From Candidatus Cloacimonadales bacterium (GTDB taxonomy: Bacteria > Cloacimonadota > Cloacimonadia > Cloacimonadales > JAIOQZ01), in NCBI GenBank assembly GCA_963674825.1, contig OY771587.1, positions 2,336,001 through 2,400,000 on the forward strand: a stretch of DNA of 64,000 bases, in the 5' to 3' direction. This document shows, in pieces, positions 18,407 through 28,940 of this stretch. The translations under genes and the position numbers were made by a program. A model generated the notes under the pieces. That model ran no database searches. It saw nothing but the letters and a program-made list of their open reading frames with translations, and was not told the DNA's origin. Position 1 is the first letter of the stretch, and every line of letters begins with the position of its first letter.

Positions 18407-19432
18407 ATGGATAAGCTGGATTATCGCAAAGCGGGTGTTGATATCGAAGCCGGTGAAAATGCCGTCAACCGGATCAAACCCCTCGTGCGCGAAACCTTTA
18501 ATAAGAACGTGCTGACCGATATCGGCAGTTTTGGTGGACTCTACGCGCTCGATATGAGCGAATGGAAAGCACCGGTGCTGGTATCGAGTGCAGACGGTGT
18601 CGGGACCAAACTGATGGTTGCTCAGAAGGCAAAGCGCTATAATACGGTAGGGCAGTGCCTGATCAATCATTGCGTGAACGATATCTTTGTGCAGGGCGCA
18701 AAGCCGCTCTTCTTCCTCGATTACATCGGTATCGGACGCATGGTTCCCGAAATTGCGGAGCAGATCATCGTCGGACTGACCACCGCCTGTAAACAGAATG
18801 GCATGGCGCTGATCGGCGGTGAAATGGCTGAAATGCCCGGCATCTACCAGACAGACGATTTCGATCTTGTCGGTACGATTATCGGTATTGTGGAAAAAGA
18901 GAACCTCATCACCGGCGAGAAGATCGAAGTGGGCGACCGCGTGATCGGATTTCCGTCAACCGGGCTGCACACGAACGGTTATTCGCTGGCTCGCAAGATC
19001 GTCTTCGAGAAAATGGGCCTCACCATCGACGACACGATGCCCGGAATGGATGTCACCGTCGCGGATGCGTTGCTGGCTGTTCACAGATCCTATTATCGCG
19101 ATTTGAAAGACTGGGCCGTACCGGAGAAGATTCACGGTATGGCGCATATCACCGGCGGCGGTATCCCGGGCAACCTCAAGCGGGTTATCCCAGATGGTGT
19201 CGCAGCTGAGATATATACTGATCGCTGGGAAGCGCCAGCGCTGTTTAAAGCGCTCGAGCGCTATGGTGAAATTGAAAAAGAAGAGATGTTCCGTGCGTTC
19301 AATATGGGCGTCGGATACATTGTGGTGTGTGATAGCCTCACGGCGGAGGCAATTATCGACGCTACGGATGGATTCGACATTGGAAGGATCGTGTCGGCAT
19401 CGGAAACCGGGAAGAAGGTGATACTCAAATGA
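18407..19432 (+). CDS. purM: Phosphoribosylformylglycinamidine cyclo-ligase (AIR synthetase)
   Basis: YRKAGVDIEAG, DGVGTK, GGEMAEMPG, GLHTNGYSL, AHITGGG, FNMGVG. Confidence 0.97.
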   Translation: MDKLDYRKAGVDIEAGENAVNRIKPLVRETFNKNVLTDIGSFGGLYALDMSEWKAPVLVSSADGVGTKLMVAQKAKRYNTVGQCLINHCVNDIFVQGAKPLFFLDYIGIGRMVPEIAEQIIVGLTTACKQNGMALIGGEMAEMPGIYQTDDFDLVGTIIGIVEKENLITGEKIEVGDRVIGFPSTGLHTNGYSLARKIVFEKMGLTIDDTMPGMDVTVADALLAVHRSYYRDLKDWAVPEKIHGMAHITGGGIPGNLKRVIPDGVAAEIYTDRWEAPALFKALERYGEIEKEEMFRAFNMGVGYIVVCDSLTAEAIIDATDGFDIGRIVSASETGKKVILK

Positions 19433-20256
19433 AAACGAAGTGGAGGATTCTGATAGACGGGAATCATGGTCCCGCGGAAAACATGGCGATCGACGAGGCG
19501 ATCTTCTCTCTCGTTGCGCGCGGTGAATCCGTACCGACCATCCGATTCTACGGCTGGGAACCTCCAACTCTATCGATCGGCTACCATCAGAAAAGCGCTT
19601 CTGAAGCGGACTTCGACGTGCTGAGCGAACTCGGCTATGGTTTCGTGCGTCGTCCCACCGGCGGAAGAGCTGTGTTGCACAAGGATGAGGTAACCTACGC
19701 GGTGATCGCGCCCCTGGGCGGATCGCTGGACGGTAATGTAACCGATATCTATGTGCGCATCAGTGAAGCGCTGCGGGATGGACTGCGTCTGATGGGTGTC
19801 AATGTGGAACTGGAGAAGGGAAAGCTCTCTACGGAAGACCAGCGCAAAGCTGCGAATCCATGCTTCACCAGCACTTCTCGCTACGAGCTTGCCGTTGAAG
19901 GCAGGAAGATCGTGGGTAGTGCGCAGGTAAGAAGAGATGGCGCTTTTCTTCAGCACGGGTCGATTCTGTTGCATCACGATCAATCGGAAATAGCGGATTT
20001 ACTGCCGGATCTTTCGGACGGAGTCCGTAATCGGGTCAGAAAGTTTCTCGAGAAACAAACAATATCGATTGACAAAGCGATCGGATTACGAATTTCTGAC
20101 AAGACCGCCATCGCAAACCTTGCCGAGGGTTTTCGGGGCAATTGGGTGGAATGCGATTTTTTCGAAATTTCATCTATTAAGCCGGAAGAAAGGGTGTTAG
20201 CACTCGAGCTGGCAAATTCGAAGTACGAAAAAACGGAGTGGAACAGAAGGATATAG
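19429..20256 (+). CDS. Lipoate-protein ligase / octanoyltransferase (LipM/LplA-like)
   Basis: NMAIDEA, RRPTGGRAVLH, KIVGSAQ, QHGSI. Confidence 0.9.
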   Translation: MKTKWRILIDGNHGPAENMAIDEAIFSLVARGESVPTIRFYGWEPPTLSIGYHQKSASEADFDVLSELGYGFVRRPTGGRAVLHKDEVTYAVIAPLGGSLDGNVTDIYVRISEALRDGLRLMGVNVELEKGKLSTEDQRKAANPCFTSTSRYELAVEGRKIVGSAQVRRDGAFLQHGSILLHHDQSEIADLLPDLSDGVRNRVRKFLEKQTISIDKAIGLRISDKTAIANLAEGFRGNWVECDFFEISSIKPEERVLALELANSKYEKTEWNRRI

Positions 20257-20368
20257 CCGGAATCAGTGAAGATAGAGTTAAAAAAATAATTGACATCCTG
20301 GTTTCGACGGAATGTTTTTGACAAATGTAAAAAAAGGATTTGTGAGAAGATAAAAGGGAGGATCTTCG

Positions 20369-23300
20369 ATGCGAAAGGCAATTATCTCACTGCTTGTAAT
20401 GCTTGGTCTCAGTATGTCACTATTTGCTGGTACGACCGGAACCCTGATGGGACGGGTGAAGGATGCCGATGGAAATTCTGTGCCTTATGCCAATGTGTTT
20501 CTTAAAGATACGCAGATTGGTGCGAACACGGATGACAAAGGTAAATTCATCATCATCAATATCCCTCCTGGAACGTACGATGTGATCTGTCAGCGCGGTG
20601 GTTTCCATCCGCAGACGGTAACAGGCGTGCAGATCCGCGTGGACGAAGTGTCTACCGTGAATTTCTCTATGATCAGTGCTGACATGGAAATCGAAGGTAT
20701 CGACGTTCGTGAACGCAAGGAATCACTTGTTCGTGCCGATAAGGCAGGTTCTGGCTTGACAATCACCGCTGAATCGATTGAAGGTCTGCCGGTTGACGAT
20801 ATCGACGGTATCGTTGCGATGCAGGCTGGCGCAGTTCAGACCGGTGGTGAACTCCATATCCGCGGTGGTCGTTCAAATGAACAGACCTGGTCGGTTGACG
20901 GTATGGCGGTGTCTGACCCGGTGGATGGCGGACGCGCACTTACAGTTGACCTGGACGCGGTCGCCGATATGAAGGTTATGACCGGTGGTCTTACCGCTGA
21001 ATACGGTAACGCTCAGTCTGGCGCGGTCAACATTGTGACCCGTTCCGGAAGCCCGACCGAGTACGATGGAAAGGTCGAGTACAGTCACAATCCCGATATC
21101 AATGAGGACCAATTTAAAATGATGATCGGTGGTCCGATCCTCAAAAACAAATGGACCTTCTTTGCAAACGGTGGATACGATGTTTATGATGGTCGCTACA
21201 AAGACTATTATGACGAAAACCCCAACACTGCATTTGTCTATACGAACAGTGAAGGTGTTACTCGTAACATCCTGAAGCACGATGACTATCCCACCTATGA
21301 TCCGTACGATGAAAGAGATTTCTTCGATCGTAATTACGAATCGTATGACTACAATATCAAAACCATGTACAAGTTCAGCCCAACTGCCAACTTCACGCTC
21401 GCTTATCGTGGCGACTATAGCAAGAGCCAACCGTGGGCATATGTATGGCAGTACGCGATGGAACACTATGTTGAAGTCGAACAGACTCAGCAACAGATGC
21501 TGGCGACTTTCGACCAGACGCTTGCATGGGCCAGACCCGCGAACTTCAAGATCAAGATGGGTTACTACAAAAAGACCTATGAAAAGGGCCCGAAAGGTAT
21601 CAGTGATTCCGACTATTTCCGCGAAGGCGGAACATACGATCCGGTTAACGCCTATGACCAGTCTGGTAGCCTTTCCGACTACACCAAGTTCGGTTTCACT
21701 CCGCTCGATGCCGATCAGGATTACGTGATCGACGAATATTGGGATGAAGAGAACGAAACCTGGATGCCGATGTATGAAGGAAGCGAATGGACCTATACCG
21801 TTATCGGCAGTACCGAAGAAGTTGGTGTTCCGACATTCAGCGCTCCCGGTACAATCTATGACGAAACCTTCGACGATACCACCGAGAACCTTCAGTTCAG
21901 AGCTGACTTCGAATGGCAGTTTAATGACATTCACGGTTTCAAAACCGGTCTTGAAGTTCAGCAGCACTGGCTGGAGAAGAATCGTGTGTACGATCCCTGG
22001 ATGATTCGCCCGGGCCGTTTCACATCCTATCTTGCAAATCTGTATGAAGACAGCCCCGGTTCATTCTCGTATTCCGATACGACCTATGATATCGATGGCG
22101 CAATCGTGAGCTGGACCGACATCTATGTTAACGGCGTCGTTGACAGTATCCGCTACACTCCGGACGGCGATTCCACCGGAACGCTGTTCTATGATCCGGA
22201 CGTATATCTCGAAGCCGCGCTGGCATCTTCGGGTGATCGCGATGGTTACAAGGCAAAGCCGCTCCAGGCTGCATGGTACATTCAGGACCAGATGCGTTGG
22301 GAAGGTATGCACGTTAACCTCGGTCTCCGTTACGATATGTGGTACCTTGGTAAGAGCTACGAAGTTCGCAAGATCGACGGCTCATACGAAGAAAGAGAAT
22401 TCAAGTCTTCCGATCGCATGCAGAACATGCTGTCTCCGCGACTCGGTGTTACATTCCCGATCTCGGAAAAAGACGTGTTCCACTTCGTGTATAACTACCA
22501 GTATCAGCTACCGCAGTTCCAGTATATCTTTACAAGCAAGGATCCGAGCGACGCTGCTGAAAGTGATGAAACAATCGTCGTGGGTAACCCGAATCTCGAC
22601 CCGCAGACAACCATCACCTACGAAGCTGGTGTTCAGCATCAGTTCTCCGAAGACTACGTCATCGAAATCCAGGCTTACTATAAAAACATGTATAACTACG
22701 TGAATACCGAGCTGTATTCGGATCCTGACGATCCGGCAGTGAAGTATTACCGCTATATCTCTGTTGACTACGGCTCGGCCCGTGGTATCGACATCAACCT
22801 GCAGAAGACCCTTTCCGAATTCGTTTCGGGTTCCGTATCTTACGGTATGGGTTGGTCTACTGGTAACCACTCCAGCGAAGTGACGCAGGACGAGAATAAA
22901 TCGCTTCGCGAATTCCCGCTCGACTGGGATATCCGCCATAACTTCAGCATCAATACCCAGTTCCGTCTGGCAAAAGATGAAGAATCCTACATCACCCCGC
23001 TGAACATCGTTCTGTTCCCGGGCTGGGTGCTTCTTGACAAGTTGATCCCGCTGTCGGCTTATGGTGACTTCAACTATACGCTGGTATTCGGCGCAAGTTC
23101 TCCTTCGCCGTATACAAAGTATAACGTAGCCGATGGAGCATCCAATGTCAATACATCCGACCTCGACCCGAACAACGGAAGAACAGAATGGAACTACAGC
23201 ACCGACATACGTATCGCGAAGAAAATCGACATGAACGACGATGGCCTTGGTTTCAAGGTTTACCTCGATGTCGATAACATCTTCGACCACAAAAACGTTG

Positions 23301-23464
23301 TGTCTGTTTACAACGTGACCGGACTGCCGAACGATGACGGTGACCTCGCCTCGAACGATTCAGTTTATGAGGAAGAGAGATGGATGGATTCGATTTCGGA
23401 TGATAACCCGAGCAACTATAGTTCTGGTCGTACGATCCAGTTCGGAATATCGTTTAATTTCTAA
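20369..23464 (+). CDS. TonB-dependent outer-membrane receptor with N-terminal carboxypeptidase-regulatory-like domain
   Basis: Signal peptide, IPPGTYDV, HIRGGRSNE plug, AEYGNAQSGAVNIVTRSG, SPRLG, GNPNLDPQ, C-terminal GISFNF. Confidence 0.92.
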   Translation: MRKAIISLLVMLGLSMSLFAGTTGTLMGRVKDADGNSVPYANVFLKDTQIGANTDDKGKFIIINIPPGTYDVICQRGGFHPQTVTGVQIRVDEVSTVNFSMISADMEIEGIDVRERKESLVRADKAGSGLTITAESIEGLPVDDIDGIVAMQAGAVQTGGELHIRGGRSNEQTWSVDGMAVSDPVDGGRALTVDLDAVADMKVMTGGLTAEYGNAQSGAVNIVTRSGSPTEYDGKVEYSHNPDINEDQFKMMIGGPILKNKWTFFANGGYDVYDGRYKDYYDENPNTAFVYTNSEGVTRNILKHDDYPTYDPYDERDFFDRNYESYDYNIKTMYKFSPTANFTLAYRGDYSKSQPWAYVWQYAMEHYVEVEQTQQQMLATFDQTLAWARPANFKIKMGYYKKTYEKGPKGISDSDYFREGGTYDPVNAYDQSGSLSDYTKFGFTPLDADQDYVIDEYWDEENETWMPMYEGSEWTYTVIGSTEEVGVPTFSAPGTIYDETFDDTTENLQFRADFEWQFNDIHGFKTGLEVQQHWLEKNRVYDPWMIRPGRFTSYLANLYEDSPGSFSYSDTTYDIDGAIVSWTDIYVNGVVDSIRYTPDGDSTGTLFYDPDVYLEAALASSGDRDGYKAKPLQAAWYIQDQMRWEGMHVNLGLRYDMWYLGKSYEVRKIDGSYEEREFKSSDRMQNMLSPRLGVTFPISEKDVFHFVYNYQYQLPQFQYIFTSKDPSDAAESDETIVVGNPNLDPQTTITYEAGVQHQFSEDYVIEIQAYYKNMYNYVNTELYSDPDDPAVKYYRYISVDYGSARGIDINLQKTLSEFVSGSVSYGMGWSTGNHSSEVTQDENKSLREFPLDWDIRHNFSINTQFRLAKDEESYITPLNIVLFPGWVLLDKLIPLSAYGDFNYTLVFGASSPSPYTKYNVADGASNVNTSDLDPNNGRTEWNYSTDIRIAKKIDMNDDGLGFKVYLDVDNIFDHKNVVSVYNVTGLPNDDGDLASNDSVYEEERWMDSISDDNPSNYSSGRTIQFGISFNF

Positions 23465-23492
23465 TATAATATGATTTAGGAGGATAAAACCA

Positions 23493-24344
23493 ATGAAAAG
23501 GAACAAGATAGCAGCGATAGCGTTACTGAGCTTGTTGCTTATGTTCAGCGTGACTGCGTTGATCGCTCAGGCTGCGGAGGCCGACGATGCTGCACAAGCC
23601 GTCGATACCGAAGCCGTGGTCGAGGATACTCAGGCTGTTGAAACAACCGAAGAGATGCCATTAGAACAGGAAGCTGCGGGTGACACATCCGCTCTTGAAG
23701 ATATCGCGACTCTGCTTCTTGGCAGCGGCTTTGTGCAACTGTTCAAGGAAGGTGGATTCGTTATGTGGCCTATGCTCGTTCTTCTTATCTGGGCTGTGGC
23801 AACCGTTATCTGGAAGCTCGTATCTCTGAGCTATGCCAAGATCAATGTGAATCATCTTCTCGAAAAGGTGATGCCGCTGGTCGAAAACGGTAAGTATGAC
23901 GAAGCCGCAGAGATCTGCGCCAACACCAAGGGCCCCGTTGCTGCCGTTATGCACATGGGTCTGCTCAAAGCTGATAAGGGTGTCGTGGCTGTTGAGAAAG
24001 CTATCGAAAACGCGAGCGTGCTTGAAATGGCGTTCCTTGAAAAAGGATTTATCCCGCTTTCAACCACCATCAACCTGGCACCGATGTTCGGTTTCTTCGG
24101 AACCGTTGTCGGTATGATCCAGGCATTCAAGGATATCGCAGCGGCTGGTGAAGTTGAGCCTACGATCGTTGCTTCCGGTATTCAGATCGCTCTTATCACA
24201 ACTGCTGCCGGTCTCGCTGTTGCGATCCCGATCCAGTTCTTCAATAACATGTTCCTCACCATGGTCGATGGCCTTGTGATGGATATGCAGAAAGGTTCCG
24301 AGAAACTCATCGAAACCATCGTTGAAAATACTCGGGGGGAATAA
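23493..24344 (+). CDS. exbB: MotA/TolQ/ExbB proton-channel protein with acidic N-terminal extension
   Basis: APMFGFFGTVVGMIQAF, GIQIALITTAAGLAVAIP. Confidence 0.9.
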   Translation: MKRNKIAAIALLSLLLMFSVTALIAQAAEADDAAQAVDTEAVVEDTQAVETTEEMPLEQEAAGDTSALEDIATLLLGSGFVQLFKEGGFVMWPMLVLLIWAVATVIWKLVSLSYAKINVNHLLEKVMPLVENGKYDEAAEICANTKGPVAAVMHMGLLKADKGVVAVEKAIENASVLEMAFLEKGFIPLSTTINLAPMFGFFGTVVGMIQAFKDIAAAGEVEPTIVASGIQIALITTAAGLAVAIPIQFFNNMFLTMVDGLVMDMQKGSEKLIETIVENTRGE

Positions 24345-24761
24345 ATGATTAAGAGAAAGAAGGAACGGTCACTTGATGGGATCCCTACATCCTCCATGTC
24401 TGACATTGCTTTCCTTCTGCTCGTTTTCTTTCTGACGACCACCAAATTCGACATCAAGAAAGGTCTTGGTCTCGTGCTTCCGCCTGCATCCGAAAATGCA
24501 GATACGAAAGTGAAACTCAAAGACGAGAACATCACCAAGATCTATGTGAGACAGGATGGAGTCGTCACGATTGATGAAGTTGAAATTCCATTAACTGGTA
24601 TCCGAGCAAAAGTGGAAGATGTAATCCGGAATAACCCGGATATGGTGATTTCTTTGCGTACGGATCGCATGTCGAGATACAAATTCATGGTTCGCGTACT
24701 CGAGGAGGTAAAACTCGCGGGTGCCGAAAAAATTTCGCTCTCAACCAATGCGTTGAATTAG
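24345..24761 (+). CDS. exbD: Biopolymer transport protein ExbD
   Basis: IPTSSMSDIAFLLLVFF (conserved TM Asp). Confidence 0.9.
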   Translation: MIKRKKERSLDGIPTSSMSDIAFLLLVFFLTTTKFDIKKGLGLVLPPASENADTKVKLKDENITKIYVRQDGVVTIDEVEIPLTGIRAKVEDVIRNNPDMVISLRTDRMSRYKFMVRVLEEVKLAGAEKISLSTNALN

Positions 24762-24772
24762 GGAGGTGAGTT

Positions 24773-25204
24773 ATGGCAAAGATCGTAAAAACGAAGAAAC
24801 CCTCGTCTCAGATTCCTAATTCATCCATGTCGGATATCGCTTTCCTCTTGCTGGTATTCTTCATGGTGTCAACCGTATTTGTCAAAGAAAGAGGGCTGAA
24901 GTACATTACGATGCCCAAGGCGAGCAAAGAGATTCTGGAAAAGGGAAAGATCCCCAGAAAGCATGCTGCCACAATCTACGTCGATAAGAATAACCTTATA
25001 TCCATCGATGATTATCCGATCGAGTATTCGGAGCTTTACAGGGTTGCCGGTATTATGGGCAACAAACGCCTGGAAGATCCGAACTTGATTACCTGTTTCA
25101 GGGCCGATGAAAACACACAGTATCGTACGATGCACGATATCATGCTGCAGCTTCGACAAGTTGACGCTCTTCGCGTATCGTTCGAAGCGAAACTCAGAAG
25201 GTAG
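24773..25204 (+). CDS. exbD: Biopolymer transport protein ExbD (second copy)
   Basis: IPNSSMSDIAFLLLVFF, FRADENT. Confidence 0.9.
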   Translation: MAKIVKTKKPSSQIPNSSMSDIAFLLLVFFMVSTVFVKERGLKYITMPKASKEILEKGKIPRKHAATIYVDKNNLISIDDYPIEYSELYRVAGIMGNKRLEDPNLITCFRADENTQYRTMHDIMLQLRQVDALRVSFEAKLRR

Positions 25205-25210
25205 GACGCC

Positions 25211-25855
25211 ATGAAACAATATCAATCTCGAGATTGGAAAGACGTAGCGAGTAGTTATTATGACAAGGCAATGGCTCTTGCCATTCTACTCCTGCTCTTC
25301 TCGTTTATGGTTTCGCCTCAAATTGAAGTGAAGCCCTACGAGAGGAAAATTCTGGAAGTAACGAAACTGGAAGAAATCCCGGAAATCAGAGAAGAAATCA
25401 AACCGCCTGAACAGCAGGTCAAGCCCGTTATTGATATCGTTATCGAAGATGATTTGAGTGATGATGATGAGGATATCGAGATTGTCGATACCATCGATAA
25501 GACCGAACTCAAGCCTTACGAAGATATCATCGAGACGGTTACTCGACAAGAAGGTATGACCCCGGACTTCGTTCCTTACGAAGATCCACCAGTTCCGATC
25601 AAGCAGATCAAGCCGGTATATTCAGATTTTGCGAAGCGCATGAATATCACAGGCGAAGTTATGCTGAAAGTGGAAGTTCTGGTAGATGGTTCCGTGGGAG
25701 CGGTGATTGTTCAAAAATCGCTTATGCCCGGAGCTGACGGCTTGGACGAAGCGGCTGTAAAAGCGGTGAAACAATGGGAGTTCACACCTGCAAAGAGCGG
25801 CGGTAAGCCGGTCGCAGTGTGGGTAGTATTCCCCGTTGGTTTCTCACTCGATTAA
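25211..25855 (+). CDS. tonB: Energy transducer TonB
   Basis: N-terminal TM, acidic/Pro linker, C-domain PVY..FAKR..ITGEV...DEAAVKAVKQWEFTPA..GGKPV. Confidence 0.9.
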   Translation: MKQYQSRDWKDVASSYYDKAMALAILLLLFSFMVSPQIEVKPYERKILEVTKLEEIPEIREEIKPPEQQVKPVIDIVIEDDLSDDDEDIEIVDTIDKTELKPYEDIIETVTRQEGMTPDFVPYEDPPVPIKQIKPVYSDFAKRMNITGEVMLKVEVLVDGSVGAVIVQKSLMPGADGLDEAAVKAVKQWEFTPAKSGGKPVAVWVVFPVGFSLD

Positions 25856-25903
25856 CGTTCGTTAAATGTGATAAATTAATCAAGGAGTGTTGGAGGAGTT
25901 TGC

Positions 25904-28900
25904 ATGAGATCACGAAAAACAGCAGCGATTATCTTGTTATTCGTCTTCAGTTTGGCTGCAGTCTCGTTGATGGGGCGTTCCAATTCGGATGTCGAATACA
26001 CGAAGAAGCTGGACCTCGAAGACAGAATACACAATGTTGGTAATATCTGGCTGCGCGTGAGTAATTATGGTTTCTTTGGTTCCGGAGATGATATAACTCC
26101 ACAGTGGCCCTCGCTCGAATATCCGGGCGGTAGTGGTATCGATTACCTCTATCAGGGAGCTCTGTGGTTTGGCGCTAAGAAAATCAGGAGAAATCAGGAA
26201 AACAGAATCCTGTATTGGGCACATTGGCCTCCGATCGACGAATCGGACTATATCACGAGCGATGACACGGCTTGGACTTCGGACCTGCCACGCGTTATCG
26301 ATACCCTCGTGTCAGTTGGTTTCGACGGTGATGCGGACCTGATGGAGTTTCTGCCGGCATACAACCCTGCAGAACAGAGCGCTATGAGTGCACAACACAG
26401 TATGTATAACCTGGTCGATACGGTTATGACCGCTTCGATCTGGAATGGCCGTGCCGGCGAAGATGATGACGGCGACGGTTTCATCGATGAAGACCCTGTA
26501 GGATTCGGATTCCCGATGCGCGATGGCGCTGAACTTCCGGACATCCTCTATGGACTCGGTGGACAATACCTTACAGACAGCGATGTGATTCCTTTTATCC
26601 TTAAAGCTGTCGATGAGGAAATCTGGTTCCCGCTCGGTTTTGTTGATCTGAGCAGAGCAGAAGACCAGGGCGTTCAGGCGACAACTGCCTGGGCTTTCAC
26701 GAACCCATATGACGATGATATGGACGGTCTTACCGATGAAGACGGTTACCCGATGTCTGAACAGGACTATATCAGCTATTACTATGATTTCAGCCCGTTT
26801 GAAACCGGTGTGGAACGTCACTGGGGCAGCAACAAATCATCGAACAATCACTTCCCGCTGGGTGTGATGATTCGTCAGATGAGCTACCAGTGGAGCTATG
26901 ACTACATCAAGAACCTTGTCTATGTCGAGTTCGATATCACGAACATGAACGATCTTGATACGCTCTTCGACTGTGCAATGGGTGTGTATATGGACTCTGA
27001 CGTCGGACCTCAATCCTGGGGTGGCGACGAACGTTCTCTGGACGATATCAGTAGCTACGTTTCAGGCGACGGATACGAATTCGCTTATACATACGATGCA
27101 GACCAGGATCAGGGTCTTACGACCGGATACGTTGGATCGCGTGTATGTACGCCGATCCCGCATCCCGACTCATTGAACTATTCCTGCTGGTATTGGAACC
27201 GAGGCGATGGTCCAGATGATGAGGACCCGCGTGATCTCACACACTCTGGAAGCCCGACAGCGAACCAGAAATACTGGCTGCTGACCGGTCTTAATCCTGA
27301 CGATGGTAAATATACCTCTCTTAGGGATTTCCCTGAACATCAGATGTCCGATCCGGACGATACCCGCTACCTGTTCGCTTTCTCTGGCGACGGACTGGGT
27401 CTCGAAGAACCAACCGACGAATCGTGGAACCTTGCACCCGGCAAGACGATGAAAATCGTTGTGGCCGTGTTCCCTGGCGACACCGTCGAAGAACTCAAAC
27501 AGACTGCTGAATGGGCGAAAGAAATCTATGGCGAAGCACAGTCACTGACGACTGCAATTCTGCCCGATACATTCGCACACTACAATCCGCCTGAGCCTCC
27601 GGACATTCCTAATATCTATGCTGAAATGAACGATGGTCGTTTCACGATCTATTGGGACAACCGCTCCGAATTTACCTACGACGTAAAAGCCGTTAGTAAA
27701 GGTAAGATCGGTTACCAGAGCGACGATAGCTCACTTCCGAGCTATAATCCAAGCGTAACCGAAGATGATCCCGATTACAATCCGAATGCGATTGTTGACC
27801 CGATCACGGCAGACCGCCTGCGTCACGACTTCCAGGGTTACACCGTCTGGACGAGATCTGGCTCCGGTCTTGAAGATAACTGGGTTATGCACCGCAAGTG
27901 GGATAAGATCGATACCGATCAGGACTACATTGACTATAACTGTACAATTGACAAACCAAGCGCTGGCTACTGGAACTTCGGTGGTGAACTTGGTATCGAC
28001 CGTGGTCTTCCGTATGCTGGCGAAGCTTCCAATCCTGGAAATCCTCCGCTCGTAACGGATGACAACTATGAATACAACCACCAGTACTATCATCTCAATG
28101 ACCTGTACGAACTGGTCCAATACGAAGTTGGCGATCCGCTTTACGGCTTACCGCTGTATACCCCGGCTGCAAGTTCGATGGCGAAGATTGATTCACTTCT
28201 TAATGCACATACTGACAACCCGCTCTACAATGCAAAGCAGAACGAACAGCTGATCTTCAAGAATCCTGAGGTTTCGGATGAACTGTTCCTCGCACTGGTT
28301 GACGACAAGCTCATCACACTCGATGGACACGCTGGTCAGTCATATCAGGACGAACCTGACTTCACTGAAAAGCATCTCGAACGTCTTGCCAGAAGGTACT
28401 ACAGCTACCAGCCGAATTATCCTGGATACAAGGGTGTCGAGCTGTACCTGACGGTTTCTGCATTCGACCGCGGTATGCCATCAAATGATCTGCTTGCACT
28501 TGAATCAAGTAAAGCGGCAAACATGCAGGTGTTCTTCCCTGGAACATCCGCAAAGCAAAAGATGGATGACATCTATGTCGTTCCGAATCCGTATATCGGT
28601 CTGAGCGATTTCGATGGACGTCGGGAAAACGACCCGAAGGGTGACAAGAGTCGCCGTATTTGGTTTGCGAACCTTCCCGAACGCTGTACCATCCGTATCT
28701 TCACGCTCGCTGGCGACCTTGTTGACAAGATCGAACATTACGGCAGCTATGAAGAAGACATTATTACAACCAGCAAGGCAGCGAACAGCGGTGTTACCGA
28801 TTCCGGTATCCACTCCTGGGATCTCCTTTCACAGAACGATCAGATCGTAGTTAGTGGTGTTTACCTGTTCTCCGTGGAGAATAAGGAAAACGGTGACATA

Positions 28901-28930
28901 AAAGTCGGCAAATTCGTGATTATACGTTAG
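25904..28930 (+). CDS. Large secreted acidic protein with Fn3-like region and T9SS-CTD-like C-terminus, function unknown
   Basis: Signal peptide; HNVGNIWLRVSNYG; PPEPP...IYWD...FQGY...VSAFD; IYVVPNPY...IRIFTLAGDLV...WDL...SGVYLF...KFVIIR. Confidence 0.8.
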   Translation: MRSRKTAAIILLFVFSLAAVSLMGRSNSDVEYTKKLDLEDRIHNVGNIWLRVSNYGFFGSGDDITPQWPSLEYPGGSGIDYLYQGALWFGAKKIRRNQENRILYWAHWPPIDESDYITSDDTAWTSDLPRVIDTLVSVGFDGDADLMEFLPAYNPAEQSAMSAQHSMYNLVDTVMTASIWNGRAGEDDDGDGFIDEDPVGFGFPMRDGAELPDILYGLGGQYLTDSDVIPFILKAVDEEIWFPLGFVDLSRAEDQGVQATTAWAFTNPYDDDMDGLTDEDGYPMSEQDYISYYYDFSPFETGVERHWGSNKSSNNHFPLGVMIRQMSYQWSYDYIKNLVYVEFDITNMNDLDTLFDCAMGVYMDSDVGPQSWGGDERSLDDISSYVSGDGYEFAYTYDADQDQGLTTGYVGSRVCTPIPHPDSLNYSCWYWNRGDGPDDEDPRDLTHSGSPTANQKYWLLTGLNPDDGKYTSLRDFPEHQMSDPDDTRYLFAFSGDGLGLEEPTDESWNLAPGKTMKIVVAVFPGDTVEELKQTAEWAKEIYGEAQSLTTAILPDTFAHYNPPEPPDIPNIYAEMNDGRFTIYWDNRSEFTYDVKAVSKGKIGYQSDDSSLPSYNPSVTEDDPDYNPNAIVDPITADRLRHDFQGYTVWTRSGSGLEDNWVMHRKWDKIDTDQDYIDYNCTIDKPSAGYWNFGGELGIDRGLPYAGEASNPGNPPLVTDDNYEYNHQYYHLNDLYELVQYEVGDPLYGLPLYTPAASSMAKIDSLLNAHTDNPLYNAKQNEQLIFKNPEVSDELFLALVDDKLITLDGHAGQSYQDEPDFTEKHLERLARRYYSYQPNYPGYKGVELYLTVSAFDRGMPSNDLLALESSKAANMQVFFPGTSAKQKMDDIYVVPNPYIGLSDFDGRRENDPKGDKSRRIWFANLPERCTIRIFTLAGDLVDKIEHYGSYEEDIITTSKAANSGVTDSGIHSWDLLSQNDQIVVSGVYLFSVENKENGDIKVGKFVIIR

Positions 28931-28940
28931 GGAGGCAACG

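Noticed and set aside
20873..23290. Long antisense ORFs (364 aa, 260 aa) opposite the TonB receptor
   Set aside because: Mirror-frame artefacts of biased codon usage; no motifs or RBS
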